From NCBI GenBank assembly GCA_030167865.1, contig JALAGF010004655.1, forward strand, positions 62,001 to 109,674: a stretch of DNA of 47,674 nucleotides. The letters run 5' to 3'. A model generated the notes under the pieces. That model was given only the letters and a program-made list of their open reading frames with translations, searched no databases and was not told where the DNA came from. This document shows positions 1 through 12,380 of the stretch, piece after piece. The DNA comes from Craspedostauros australis. Lineage: Eukaryota. The position numbers and the translations under genes are program-made. Within the stretch, counting starts at the first letter, position 1; each line of letters begins with the position of its first letter.

Positions 1-526
1 CATGTTCAGTGAACAACACATGACCATCCTCCACTTGATTTTGAAATGCCTCGTTGCGGTACCAAGATGCTGCTGCTGTTGCCAAACCGTTGTTGACAAA
101 GACACAGCACAATGGGACGCTATGCGACGGAACACAATAAAAGGGAGGGTGTACGAACGATCGTTGGATCGAGATAGATCATCCTGTCGGTGATCCACCT
201 CCACCAGCCGAAGTTTGCAGATGCCTGACGTACCCCTCTCTCTCATGATTACCCTACCAATCAAAGTACTCTGCTACCATGCACCGAATGGCAAGCTGCG
301 CGTTGCCGCGATGCGATGGGGGCAGGAGCATCAGGCAATGTTCCAAACCTACAGTCACAACTACAACCACTGATAATAGCCCAAGCACAAATGTAAAACA
401 AATGTCTCACTCGAATCATCCAGATTGCGCTTTCCCCACATTCACATGAAGTTGCAATGTTGTCACATTCGTACCAGACCGTCGCAATCGTATCGTTGGA
501 GGAACGCTTGATCGACCCATTCTACA

Positions 527-2172
527 TTATTGATCCTCCCTGCAAACCACTCGTTCCAGGAACATCCGCCTCGCGGCATCGGTGAGGATCTCATCCAACG
601 CCAAGTCCTCGCTCATGATCTTGTACTGCTCCTTGGACAGGTACTCCTCTGGCGACCAGCTCGCTTTGGCGATCCCCGCCGCCCCCAGCTTGTTCGTCTC
701 CTGCCCATCATCTCTCTGGTACTGATTGATGTGCGGCCGCACACGTTCCGTCAGCGGATGCGTGTCTTCGAAGCCAAGCACCTTTCGCACGTGATCGGGG
801 GCGTACGCCAGCCATTCCATGACCATAACGAGATGGAACTTCGCCACCGTATCCAATGCCTGTCCCAGAATATCACGCCGGGTTTGCACGGAGGCATCGT
901 CCATCGCAGCTTGAATCTTTTTGCGCACGTGCTTGTCGGTGAAGGTCCATGTGTACACGTTGGCGAGATCCTTGCGATGTTCCCACCATTTCTCAATCAC
1001 CTTGATGCGGCAACCCTGTTGTGCGTGTACCATCGATGGACGGTTGGGTGGATGGATGGATGGATGGAACATGGACAAGTGTTAGTGAAAGCAGGACAAC
1101 AACGATGGAGGTACAAACATGTGGAATAGTATCGTGCGCAAATTCGCTCAACCAAAAGCGTGGTGTACATACTCGTACAGTCCCTAACACTGGACAAGGA
1201 AAGCATTGGACTCACTCTGTCTTCGATGCATTCAAATCGAAACTGCGACAATGCCCGATGCAACGGCTTGCGGAAGGAGGTTGCAAAGACGGCCGGCAAA
1301 TCAAAGAACCTGTTCGATTCGAAGGCATCCCATTCGTTGCCCAGAATCTTGTGGTGCTTGGCATGCATGTTCGTGACGATTTCTTCATTCGTCCAGTACG
1401 AGAAGCAACCTGCGCAGCGTTGCTGCTCGTGCGGCCTCGTGATTTTCCAATGATAGTCGGGCATGCAGTAATACGAGGGAACTTCGTTTTTGGGCAGGTT
1501 GCGCTCGGCCAGCGCGCAGAAATTGGTGCCGCCGGCCTTGCGCAGGTGCTGGAAGAACAGGAAGACGTCGGGGTCGTCGACGAATTGCAGGATCATGTCC
1601 ATCTTGCGTTGGTTGGGAAGCGTGATGCGCTGATCGGGGCATGGGAAGAGTTCCTTCAATTCTTCGTGAGTCAGGAAGGCCTGCTTTTGCGACTCCTGGT
1701 CCAGCAGCTTGCGTTCGAAGGTGCGGACGCCGAAAGGATCCTCATCATGCAAGGTGCGCAACACGTCGGTGGGTGTCATTGCAGCTAGGTCCATGACGAG
1801 TTCTTTCCAATCGGGATAGGTGGCAAGTTTCCGTCCATTTTTCTGTTGCATTTTCTTTTGCCGTGGCTGCTCATTGTCTGACTTGAGTTCTGACGTATCC
1901 ACTGGTTGTTGCATGCGGCTGCTTGCTTCCTTGACTTTGGGGACAGCACCCTCCATACGAGCAGTGGGTTGATGCATGAATGCCAGGCCATCCTGTTGGG
2001 TAGCGATGGGATCGTCCTGCAGGAAGAGCGCCCGGAAGACCGCAACATACATGAAGACGATGATGACCGCGGAGACGATCAACACCAACCGCAACGATAT
2101 CCGAAAACGGGGTGCTGCATTGCCTCTTCGGAAGTCAAACTTCGCCTGTTGTTTGAATGTTGCCGATAGCAT
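527..2172 (-). CDS. Type II membrane sulfotransferase-family protein, 2 exons (2172-1216, 1015-527), ~481 aa
   Basis: N-terminal TM (LVLIVSAVIIVFMYVAVF). 5'-PSB-like motif FFQHLRKAGGT and 3'-PB-like motif SFRKPLHRALSQF. A phase-0 GTGAGT...CAG intron at 1215-1016 joins ...CIEDR to GCRIKVIEKWW..., merging ORF-track entries 997..2172 and 527..1078. Confidence 0.75.
1049..1068. repeat. (GGAT)n microsatellite inside the intron
   Basis: tggatggatggatggatgga read directly. Confidence 0.8.
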
Positions 2173-2687
2173 CTTGATTCGTGCTCTCTCCCTGCTCTCT
2201 CAAAGGGTTTGATGATAACCCTGATGATGGCAGCAGCAACGGCAGCGCTGCTGTTCGTCTGTGGCGATTTGAGCTTCGGCGTGTCAATATCGGTTTTGGT
2301 ACTTGTCTGCTCCACGCGAGAAAGAGTATGATTGTGGAAGGATAAGTCTGCAAAAAGGAAACCAAGCTCCAGTAGGAGTTATGGGTGTTGCGTTTGCAAT
2401 GGTGGTGTTGCTGATTGTGATGTTGAGTGTTGTGCCGATGGACACCTGCGGATGTGTTGCTTCGGTCATCGCCATGGCCATTTTCAGTTTCGTGTTCACT
2501 GTTCATCACACCCTTGACTCATTCGTGTTTGAACACGCCTTTCACAGTTGGCGGCGACAGACACAGGGCGAATCAATGGGCACACCTCTATTGATGTCAA
2601 TGTGTCGACAGAAGCGCTCATGCCAGAGACTACCTTGCATGTCCCACGTACGCGTAGCATGGTTGATCACCGCCACATACAATTGCT

Positions 2688-3929
2688 TCATTCCTTGCGT
2701 CGATGATAAATCTCAATGTCAACCGCCACAGCGAAATGGTCGCTGGCCGTGGACTCATCGCGGAAGTGGTCCAGAATCCGAATGCCATGTCCGCAACCGT
2801 CGGCCTCCTTCTTGAAGATGTGATCGATCCGCATCAACGACGCATCCGTCCACGCCGTCGGTTCTGGGAATTCCAATGCTTGCGATGGGCATTCGCGGGC
2901 GTAAAAAGTATCCTCATACCCCAGCTCGTGCAATGAATCCAACACCAAGGACCGTTCGGTTGGTGGGACCCATCCACGGGTTCTGTACAGATCCAAGATG
3001 GCATGCCAGGTGTCATCATCGCAGTCGGATCGTTGCAAAGTGTTCATGTCACCGCAAATGAGATGCGGAACCGTATTCAGCAAAGATTCCGTCTCACTGA
3101 TACCGCGACGAATCTGCTTGTCACGCAACTCCTCCGATTTGTGATCCAAATGGACGAAGCCCACGCCGATGCAGACGCAGTCGCTGACATCGTTTTTGCC
3201 ATTGCCTGTCGCATCTGTGGATGACGGTGGCACCTTGATCGCGCATGCGCTGAAGGCACGCGGGTCCACAAAGTCTCTCGGTTGATTCCCCAAGTCGATG
3301 TCGCCGTCCTCGATGGTCAGCAAGCGATGTTCTACCGAATCCATTTCCAAATGGCTGAGCACAGCGTTGCCGAAATGGCTGCCATCCCCAAAATTGGAGT
3401 TCTCAACAGTGCTGCAGAACTGTACGGTGCGATTCAGGCCAGTTTGAATGGCGAGCTGGTGCAAGAAGGTTTGGGCTTCGTGGTCCGGAAAGAAGGAGGC
3501 CGGGATGGGCCAATCGCGTCCCTCCCGCCGTTGGACGCGGTCGTAGTATTCTTGGATTTCATTCCCCGTGGCCTTTGTGCTATCGTTGCTGCTGTTCGGA
3601 GCAGCCGTGCCATCTCGCAAGCGGTAGGACGCTTCTGGGTTTGCGAATGGATGCAGCACCTCATTTAGGCAGAGAATGTGAGGATTGACGGCCCTGACAG
3701 TCTCGACGATCCTGTCAAAGTTGCATCTGTGCTCCACATCCCTCCACGCCTGGATGTTGTATGTCATGACGCGCAATCGCGTCGTCGCATGCTCAGCTTC
3801 TGACGCGGCGATGTCATCGTTGATATTCGCAGCAGACGATGCGACATTCCGTGCAGGGAAAGGCGGGGTCAACGGCGTCACGAAGCGAAGGAATGGGAAG
3901 AGGGTTGCCACCGATTTGCACTTCATCAT
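2688..3929 (-). CDS. Endonuclease/exonuclease/phosphatase (EEP) family protein
   Basis: Motifs RVMTYNI, LCLNEV, FGNAVLS, HLDH, ICGDMN, RIDHIF, ASDH. First ATG (MMKCK) at 3929; the ORF-track start is TTG. The N-terminus could be an organellar transit peptide. Confidence 0.85.
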   Translation of the reverse strand: MMKCKSVATLFPFLRFVTPLTPPFPARNVASSAANINDDIAASEAEHATTRLRVMTYNIQAWRDVEHRCNFDRIVETVRAVNPHILCLNEVLHPFANPEASYRLRDGTAAPNSSNDSTKATGNEIQEYYDRVQRREGRDWPIPASFFPDHEAQTFLHQLAIQTGLNRTVQFCSTVENSNFGDGSHFGNAVLSHLEMDSVEHRLLTIEDGDIDLGNQPRDFVDPRAFSACAIKVPPSSTDATGNGKNDVSDCVCIGVGFVHLDHKSEELRDKQIRRGISETESLLNTVPHLICGDMNTLQRSDCDDDTWHAILDLYRTRGWVPPTERSLVLDSLHELGYEDTFYARECPSQALEFPEPTAWTDASLMRIDHIFKKEADGCGHGIRILDHFRDESTASDHFAVAVDIEIYHRRKE

Positions 3930-4439
3930 GTCCTGATTGATGGGCCGATGTGTCACTGCAGTACTGTATCGAATTTGAAACTTGCTTTGCAACGTATGTC
4001 TGTTGAAGATGTCGTTCCTTATCTGTCTGCCGACGGACGAGTATAGTATTCGGCTTCGTCAATCGGCCTTCTGCTTTGATCGTTGTGCCGGCCCATCATG
4101 ATTCTCTCCTGTCATTTGATTTTCGTGTTTCCTTCGCGCCAAAAAAGATTGAGTTGGCCATTCTGTATCTGTCATTTGTTACGTCTGTACGCACATCGGC
4201 ATGTGCGTGAAACACGCGCCGAAACCGCACACAAGCCTCAAGCACAAAACAGCGAAAACAGTTTCAGCGCGCAAATAGCACGCCTTCGTCCCAAAATCAC
4301 AAAAGCAGCGAATCTCGACAACAGAAATCATTACCAATAACTCAAACAACTCAATCATCAAGAGCAAGAGTCAGAGCAAGAACAACAGGAGGGAAGTATT
4401 TGCAAATCATCACAAGCATCGCAAGTAGAAAGTCCAACC

Positions 4440-5883
4440 ATGAGCGCAGAAGCAACAACAGAAGAACCCAAGAAGGAGGAGCCGACCGAGAAGACCACGG
4501 AGCCAGCGGCCGAAGACGAAGACGATGAAGATGACGTGGAGAAGCTCGAGGCAGAGATCGCGCGCATGGAGGCGGAGGCGGCCAGAATAACCAAGGAGAC
4601 GGAGGAGCTGGAGAAGAAGGACTCTGGTGGGGATGCCGCTGGTGCCAAGGGATCTGCTGCAGCGGCCAAGCCGACGGATGCGGCCTCCAAGGACAAGAAC
4701 TCCGTTTACGTTGGACAGGTGGATTACACCGCCACTCCGGAAGAGCTGCTGTCGCACTTTGAGGCCTGCGGAACTGTGGAGCGCGTCACGATCGTGTGCG
4801 ACAAGTACTCGGGACGTCCGAAGGGTACGTCTTCTTCGTCTTTCCTATTGTACTTTATTCTATTCTATTGTATTCTATTGCATTCTATTCCATCTGGTTC
4901 TGTTTTGTTTTGTTCTGTTGTCCCATGACTTGGTCAGTGCCTTGGTTAATGCCTTGGTTAATCCATTCTACGAGTACTCCATATGACTCATTGCGATCAT
5001 TTGTTTCCTTCATTGCGATCATTTCTCGTCTTTCAATCAACACAACAACCTTGCCATGATGCCCATCAAAGGTTTCGCATACATCGAATTTGGGGTAAGG
5101 AGGGGATTGCACAAATCAAAATCGTCTTGGTCACAACCACAAGTGCAAGAAGCTTCATCATCGTTTACGTGTCATCGCTGTCGCCATTGCCAGTCGAAGT
5201 ATGCGCAAAACCAACATCTGCAAGAGTTGCGCTGATCATCTTGCGTCAAGGAGCATCACTTTGCGTCATCACCAAACAGCAACGTTGGGAATGCCAGTGG
5301 CGGTCGTTCCAGCATCATGTACTCTGCGATCATTGGCGAGAGGCAAGCGGGTAGCATACTCGTACTCACCGCGCAAACGCCCACTGATTGTATGCTAAAT
5401 TTCGTGCTTGCTAACGATTGCTCATCGATTGCTTTCCTCTGCATCTTCCTACTAATGATTTGAACTTTGGCTTGCCGATTGGGGTTGCCTTCTGTTCACC
5501 AATCTGCCATACATGCACACACTTATGGGATGCCTTCATCTCACCTCTGAATGCTCCCTTCTATATGCTTGTCGTCCCACGACACACACATGCGGTCTTT
5601 TGCCTCTCACTCTCTTTGTCTTCATCTTTATGCGCCTCTACCGAAATATCAGTCCGAAGCATCCGTTGAAAATGCCGTCAAGCTCAACGGTTCCGACTTC
5701 AAGGGGCGTCAGCTCAAGGTCACACACAAGCGCGTCAACCTCCCCGCATTCCAGCGCGGCGGGGGTGAAGGCGGACGTGGAAGGGGCCGTGGTCGAGGCC
5801 GTGGCTACCGTGGCGGACGCGGCGGTTACAGAGGAGGCTACCGCGGAGGACGTGGTGGCTACCAGCCCTACCATCATTATTGA
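4440..5883 (+). CDS. PABPN1: Nuclear polyadenylate-binding protein 2 (PABPN1-like), 3 exons (4440-4824, 5072-5094, 5653-5883)
   Basis: Acidic coiled-coil N-terminus. RRM reads SVYVGQVDY...[51 protein letters not shown], followed by an RGG tail. Introns GTACGT..AAG (4825-5071) and GTAAGG..CAG (5095-5652) keep the frame. Confidence 0.9.
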
Positions 5884-6515
5884 GCACATCTCATCTCCTT
5901 GTCATGATCGTGATCAACAATTTCAAGTGCTTCCATCTTCTAAAGTATGCGCAGGTACGAGTATTCAGATCCGTGTTCATGGTCAAGCTGGGGAATGCGC
6001 TGTGTCGTGTCATATCGTTTCGTGTTACTCTATGTTGTTGGGTTGGGCCGCGGGAAGAAGGGGGCAGGGGTGGCAACCATTCATGCTGCAAGCGTGATAT
6101 TGTGGTGAAAGATGGCGGGCGAAGGAGGCGCGAGGATCATGGGTGATGGATGCGGTTCAACAAGAAGGAATGAACGGGCTCGGATCAGCGAAAGCAATCA
6201 CCTGGACACCGAACCGAAACAAGAGGAAGATGAAGTGAAAACACAAACAAGAGAAAATAACAAACAAACAAGAAACCATGGATGTAAAAGAAAAGGCAGC
6301 AAAGGTATAACCTATTATAGCCAAATCGAAAAGCATTCGCGCTCGTGCTGGGCACATCACTACACGCCCACGAGTATGCACTGGTGGGCCTGCATTTGTA
6401 TCAGTGTTCTATGACACGCACGTAGGGTATTCCGCTTTCCAATGTGCTTACGTACTGGAGACGATTCCGTCCATTGTCAAGCTTGACGTTGGTGTTGAGA
6501 GGTACCCACAGCTCC

Positions 6516-8135
6516 TCATGTCTGCTTCTTGCCATTTCCTTTCGCAAGGTTGCCACTCTTTGGGAGCCGCCAGAATGGAACCAACGTCGACGAGAGTCTC
6601 TGCATGCACAGGCTCTTGATGACCATGCACCTTGGTTCAAGCGCGTATCGGATGGACGTGATGAGGTTGATAGCCTCGATCAGACCATCCGCACCCGACA
6701 GCCCGCCAACGTCAATGTAGACGACGTCAAAGCCCAAACGGTGATCCGCTGGTTGGCCGGTGGAATCATTGGAGGCGGTGTTCTTGAGTCCCTGGAGGTA
6801 CTCTTGCTGTATCCGAAGCAGGTCCGCCGTTCTCCAAGCATTTCCGACGCGAAAGAAGATATCCGGGTACTTCCGCTGAGCCTCTCTGATAATCTTTGTA
6901 CCGACGTCGACCCCTATGCAGTATCCGTTGGAAGCTGATATGGCCGCACCACTCTCGCCGTTGTTGACACCGTCGACATCATTGACGCCATCTGCCACGT
7001 TTCCGCTCACAACCGCTTCTTGCAACAATGCAGTGGATGTGCCGAAGTGACAGCCAACTTCCAGCACCGCATCACCGGACCGCACCACGAAAGGGATCGT
7101 ACTGCGATACTCTTGGACGCCGCGTGTGGCAATGACGTGCGGCGGTCCAATCCCGTCGGTGGAACCTTTGTTGTTCACTACCTTGGGACCGTGCAGCAAC
7201 CTCGTCGCCCATTGGTTCAATCCTGCAGACTTGACCAGCACGACCAGCGGGCGATCCTTGCCATTCAATGCCTGGAACTCCCGGATGATGGACAATGCGG
7301 TCCATTCTAGATCGTTGCCGACGATGCTGTTGACGTCCAACACCAGAGCATCGTAGCCATGAGGCTGTTCATGCGTAGATTCTGCCGATGATATGGATGC
7401 TGCTGGTGCTGCTGTTCCCGATCGTTGCGGGAATAGCACGCGCCTCCAATCATCCAGGTTCTCCATCTCCTGGAAGGTAGATATGTCAGGAAAGAAGTCG
7501 ACCTCCGCATGCTTCTGCCGCATCGCATCCGTACGTGATCCATCATTGACGTTCTTGGGAAATCGGCGTTCCACATCCACCAGCATGACATGGCCGGCAG
7601 TGCCGTCAGTGTCATCGCCATCACCACTATCTGCAAGGACTTCGCATATCGCCTTGGAAACATCGCGTAGCTGCGATCCGAGTTCGGCGACACGGTAGTT
7701 GGGATAGATGAACTCCTTGATGGATTCAACCAACTCTTTGGCCGTGCCGGATGTGACGATCTTGCCAACAGCACGATTGCGACGGTGCTTGTGCATGTGC
7801 AGAGTGACAGATTGAGCTGTCGACTTTGTGGTGGCTTCTTTCATTGCGATGGTCTCATCGATCGACGATGAAGAGTCGGCGTGAGTGGCAAGCAGACGCA
7901 CGGTGACTTGAGAAGCTCTGTTGATGGGGGCTTTGGGGTTTGGTTGAGCGAAGAAACTGGGAGCCTTGCCGATGTCGATGTCGATGTCGGGTACCGGGTG
8001 CGGATGGCGATGTATCGAAACGGAATGGAGGGGTCTTGCGCCGCTCCCGAAGGCAGCAGCGGCTGGAGGAAGGAGCAAAAGCCGAAAGCAAACAGCAACC
8101 AGTAGCCACAGAAGATTTCGTATCTTGGCCATCAT
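6516..8135 (-). CDS. Putative plastid-targeted class I SAM-dependent methyltransferase-like protein, 539 aa
   Basis: Signal peptide ending AAAA-F (ASAFAP-like). Motif I-like VLEVGCHFG, then IGVDVG and DVVYIDVGG. Long uninterrupted ORF. Confidence 0.65.
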   Translation of the reverse strand: MMAKIRNLLWLLVAVCFRLLLLPPAAAAFGSGARPLHSVSIHRHPHPVPDIDIDIGKAPSFFAQPNPKAPINRASQVTVRLLATHADSSSSIDETIAMKEATTKSTAQSVTLHMHKHRRNRAVGKIVTSGTAKELVESIKEFIYPNYRVAELGSQLRDVSKAICEVLADSGDGDDTDGTAGHVMLVDVERRFPKNVNDGSRTDAMRQKHAEVDFFPDISTFQEMENLDDWRRVLFPQRSGTAAPAASISSAESTHEQPHGYDALVLDVNSIVGNDLEWTALSIIREFQALNGKDRPLVVLVKSAGLNQWATRLLHGPKVVNNKGSTDGIGPPHVIATRGVQEYRSTIPFVVRSGDAVLEVGCHFGTSTALLQEAVVSGNVADGVNDVDGVNNGESGAAISASNGYCIGVDVGTKIIREAQRKYPDIFFRVGNAWRTADLLRIQQEYLQGLKNTASNDSTGQPADHRLGFDVVYIDVGGLSGADGLIEAINLITSIRYALEPRCMVIKSLCMQRLSSTLVPFWRLPKSGNLAKGNGKKQT

Positions 8136-9244
8136 TGCATGGTCTGAAGCTTCTTGTTTGCCGATGCTGCCTTGCAGATGTTGTTCCGAGGCGTTGCTTG
8201 TTGCTTGCGCGGAGGTTGGATGATGTGTGATGGATGCGAGTTTCGTTTTGACGTGACGGTCTGGTTTGTCCCTGCCGATCTGCGTGTCGTCATCGGCGTT
8301 GTTGGTTGTGTCACCGAAGGATACAGCGTCCTGGTGGAAACACTCTGCGAGTACGGCCTGCGCACCCCTTGGCTCGTCCAGGCATTCGCAGGATGGATGC
8401 TTTCCTGTTGCATTGTTGACGATCTTGTGATGATGTTCCGCAATCGCGAACGATGCGCTTTGATTGATGACTCGTGACTGGAACTGAATCGTTGATTCAT
8501 GTCACATGCACGATTCAGCAACTCGTGTCACTCAGAAAACGCTTGTTGAGGTTGTCACCTTGCATGCGTCAGCTCTGTCTGGGTTGTCCGACTGGCGCGC
8601 TGGCGTTCGCGGTTTGTATTTGAATTGACATCCACTCGTGATTGATCACCACACACAAGAACGTGTCAGAACGCGCGTCTTGGTTGGTTGTCCGCAACGA
8701 TGAGGTTCGCAACCAGACAAAGCGCATCCATTTTTGGACGTGTTCTTGACAACGCCCTCGTTGTCGTGGGTGGATGGAGATCCGTGTCAGAATCGGACGA
8801 ACAGAAAGAGACAGAGAGGGAACAGGAGGCGCGGCAGCATGCGACAAGCAATTCGTTGCGTCTCCCACACAAGATGTGAGTTGGATACAGACACCTCGCA
8901 CCACACGACCCAGGCGTTGAACGAGGTTGGAATTCCTCCGTGTCACAAGGAAGATAAGAGGAGAGGAGAGGTTGCTTTTCGATCTCATTGTCGCAAAAGC
9001 ACCACATCAGCCCAATCACAGAGTCGACGCTTTGATTCTGCAAGACAACAAGTCTTGTCCTTTCAATCAACAGGACGTTGCCTCCATCGCCATCCTCCAT
9101 GCCATTGTCAGAGGTGCATTGCCAACAACAGCACCAACGGATTCCCTTAGATCCCGCCCCAACCCTGTCATAATCCAACAAAGCGAGAAAACAGAACACA
9201 CCACAATCCAAACTCGTTGCCTCCAAAGATACCAATACACAAGC

Positions 9245-10187
9245 ATGGCGGAAACATCTCCAACAAGAAAAGTTCATGACGGTGCCGTCGATGGCAACCG
9301 GCAAGACCTCAGCCTGTTCGTTCAGGACATGCTGGATCAAATGGTGCGTGTTAGCGTGCTCCAGCATGGCAGTCTTCTTCTGTGATGATTGACGACACGG
9401 CGTCAAGCGGCTCGTGAAGGCCTCAGGGTTGCGGACGTGATGTGGGTGGGTGCTGTGGTGTCAGATCCTTCCGAACTCGTGCATGCCAACTTTTTCATGA
9501 CGCTTCCTTTCTCACATGATGGTATTGCATTATGCAATGTATCGTGCGCCGTCTTCATGCTCCTCCTCCCATCTCGTGTTCTTCCTCTTGCCCTTGCCTC
9601 CACGGAATCAAACTCTCGGAACAACCAATCCGACCAAACAACCTCTTTCAGAACGAATCATTCACTGCCACCGGAAACACCATCATCGGGCGCATGGATG
9701 AAGTCGGGAAACGCATGGATGATCTGGAAATAAGTGAGTGACTGCTTTCGCTGATGCGGACGCGGATGCAGACGCAGATACCGTGTTGGTTGCCGCTGTC
9801 AATCTGAACATGCTCTATGTCGCGGACACGCCCCACCGACATGCTCCACGGACAGACGAGGGCTACATTGGCTGATGCATTCGTTGATTGACCGTGTGCA
9901 GATCTGTTTGGATGCGTGAACTCCAAGTATCACACACAACCCAAACTCACACCTGCCTACGTATTCTACTTCCACACAAATTCTCTCACCCTGTGTGCTC
10001 CTCCCATGAACGTATGCGTCGCAATCATGCCTCAACCATACCCCCAACGACACGCGAATCGTACTCCAATCGTCCGCCAGGAATCAACGACTTGATGGAA
10101 CAAGCAGGGTTGGATGAGCCACAGACGAAGGCGAATGGCAGGGATGGCAACAGCTCCATTGAGAGCAACACAAGCGTCCAAGTGTAA
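9245..10187 (+). CDS. HSBP1: Heat shock factor-binding protein 1 (HSBP1), 3 exons (9245-9343, 9652-9733, 10081-10187)
   Basis: Spliced product MAETSPT...QDLSLFVQDMLDQM|NESFTATGNTIIGRMDEVGKRMDDLEI|RINDLMEQAG... matches the HSBP1 pattern (DLT..VQ.LL.QMQ.KF..MS..II.RIDDM..RIDDLE..I.DLM.QAG). Introns are GTGCGT..CAG and GTGAGT..CAG. Confidence 0.88.
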
Positions 10188-10790
10188 CAGCGCTAGCCTC
10201 CACGTGCACAGCGACAGACGCGCAAGCGAGGCCTTCGTCCTGTGCACGTGCCGGCGCACTGGTGTACTGGTACTCTGCTCGTGCCCAGTGTCGACCTTCT
10301 GTGAACCTCCTGCCTTGCTTTGCATCCATGTGTGACGACCACTACATTCCATACTATTATTATTATTACTCCATAACCATCTGCAATAAAATGACAAAAT
10401 ACTATTCTGCATTATCGTGGCATACAACAGAGTGCAGTGCACCATCATACTATTTCAATCCTATCAAACCAATTGAAACCATTGATGAATGTCGTGTTGT
10501 CTTGTGCTGGAGCTCGCATGATAGATACAAGCATCCCAATCTCCGCGTAGTGAAGTGCTACTGTTGTCAAACGTACGGGCTACTGGTATGCCTGGTACAG
10601 TGATGAAACAAAGCTAGAGAGAAACAGCTGATCCGACAAGATGGATTCGTTCCAGCTCCACGCCAGGTTGAACTGCCTCCATCAATCACCAACGAAATAG
10701 ACACAAACTCTGCGAACTCGACCAACATCAAACCCGATCCTCCAACTCATCAAACAGCTGAGGCAACCAACCACAATCTCAGTTGCGACG

Positions 10791-12380
10791 ATGGCGACAA
10801 GAGGATTGCTGATGGAGCGGGCGATGAGGCATGGTGCTGTCCGCTTGTATCAGAACAGCAGCGTTCCTACGAATGTGAAGACCCAATGGCAGATTGCGAG
10901 GAGAACACTCGTGCAGAGAGGCGCGACGACTCCGCAGCGCAGCATCTTCCAAGGACCGATCGTGAAGCACAGGGCGCTGCATCATGGGACGCACGATGCT
11001 TGTCTGCGCCCTCTGTCTTGGAGCAGAAGATCGCTGACCAACAACACAAGGCGGCGATGGTACTGCATGACGCGATCGCGATGCGCCAAGGGCGGCAAAG
11101 CCACCGACAAGGAACCCGTCGCAGCGCATACCTTCAAGGATGACCTGCTGCTGTTCGGCACGCACTTAAGTCGGCTGTGCGCCGCATTCGGGATCGCCTA
11201 CGTGGTGACGGAGTACGGAATCGAGCTGACGGCCTGCGAAGGACCCAGCATGTTCCCCACGATCCAACCGCACGGCGAGCTCCTGTTGATTGATCGCGTG
11301 ACGCCATGGTGGTACGGATTGCAGGGTGGGACCGTCGGGGAAGAGCGGGCCCAGCTCGCACGCAAGAAGCAGCTGGCGCATGAGGATGCTGTGTATCGGG
11401 ACAAGCTCGCCGCAGTATCTACGCAGTTCGAGAAGAAGCATGCTCAGAACCGGCAGAGGTTGCAGTTGCGCCAACAGAAGCAGCAACAGAAACAACAGAA
11501 GCAGCATGCAGAGCAGCAACAGGGGAAACAGAAGTTGAGCGCCGGGCATGCCGAGAAAGCTGAGAAAGTCGCACAAGCAGATAATTCTGACAAGAATCAC
11601 ACAGAAACGGATCGCGCAGCAAGTGCTGGTGAAGCTAACAACAATAATGAAGAGCAGGAAATCGAAGAGGAATCAGATGACGGCGATGATGACAACGAAG
11701 AGGATGACGATGATGGCGATGATGACGATAACCTTGTCGATGATGTCGACCGCGCCGAAAGCCTACGAATGATGGAGGATTACGCCTTCCGCTCCACATG
11801 GCACGAGCCGAGGATACCGGCCAATGCCTACCCGAAGGAGGGTTGGTGGGAACGATTTTGTGACAGACAGAGTTCTGGAATTCAGGTCGGCGACGTGGTG
11901 GTGCTGCAGCATCCGCAACGTGCCGGAACGATCTGCAAGCGCGTGATGGGCCTGCCTGGCGACACAGTCACGAAGCCCGGCCGACGATTCCGACGCAGCA
12001 AGTTCGCTTCCCCCTTGCGTCGCTTCGGCCACATGAACGGCGAGATCGTGCCGGACGGACACATCTGGATCGAAGGCGACAACCCGTGGAATTCCTCCGA
12101 CTCGCGCAACTACGGCGCCGTGCCGGCATCTCTAATCGTCGGGCGCGCGCTGCTGCGGGTGTGGCCTTTGCGTGGCGACGCCCTGATGGAACGTGGCGAT
12201 CGTCCGCTTCATCATAAGAGCGATGCCAACGGAGGCAGCGAATTGCCCGAGATGGTTTTCTCTGGAAGCCTCGTGCTACCGGCAGGGTACCAGGATGAGA
12301 TCATCGTCGACTCGTTCGATGAATGGGAGCGGGTGCGACCGAGGTCCACCGCAGACGCAGACACAGAGGAGGAGAGCTAA
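10791..12380 (+). CDS. Mitochondrial inner membrane peptidase subunit (IMP1-like, peptidase S26) with a long insertion
   Basis: Arg-rich presequence. Motifs CEGPSMFPT (Ser), GDVVV..HP.....[10 protein letters not shown] (Lys), [24 protein letters not shown] and GRALLRVWP. Confidence 0.88.
   Translation: MATRGLLMERAMRHGAVRLYQNSSVPTNVKTQWQIARRTLVQRGATTPQRSIFQGPIVKHRALHHGTHDACLRPLSWSRRSLTNNTRRRWYCMTRSRCAKGGKATDKEPVAAHTFKDDLLLFGTHLSRLCAAFGIAYVVTEYGIELTACEGPSMFPTIQPHGELLLIDRVTPWWYGLQGGTVGEERAQLARKKQLAHEDAVYRDKLAAVSTQFEKKHAQNRQRLQLRQQKQQQKQQKQHAEQQQGKQKLSAGHAEKAEKVAQADNSDKNHTETDRAASAGEANNNNEEQEIEEESDDGDDDNEEDDDDGDDDDNLVDDVDRAESLRMMEDYAFRSTWHEPRIPANAYPKEGWWERFCDRQSSGIQVGDVVVLQHPQRAGTICKRVMGLPGDTVTKPGRRFRRSKFASPLRRFGHMNGEIVPDGHIWIEGDNPWNSSDSRNYGAVPASLIVGRALLRVWPLRGDALMERGDRPLHHKSDANGGSELPEMVFSGSLVLPAGYQDEIIVDSFDEWERVRPRSTADADTEEES

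Noticed and set aside
5095-5238. Zinc-finger-like peptide ([14 protein letters not shown]) in the PABPN1 intron-retention frame
   Set aside because: Lacks the paired His ligands and stops soon after; likely chance.
5352-5397. Intronic box C/D snoRNA (8-bp terminal stem TAGCATAC/GTATGCTA with CTGA)
   Set aside because: No box C (RTGATGA) after the 5' stem, and only 46 nt long.
9382-9480. Box C-like GTGATGA in HSBP1 intron 1
   Set aside because: No CTGA box D or terminal stem at a suitable distance.
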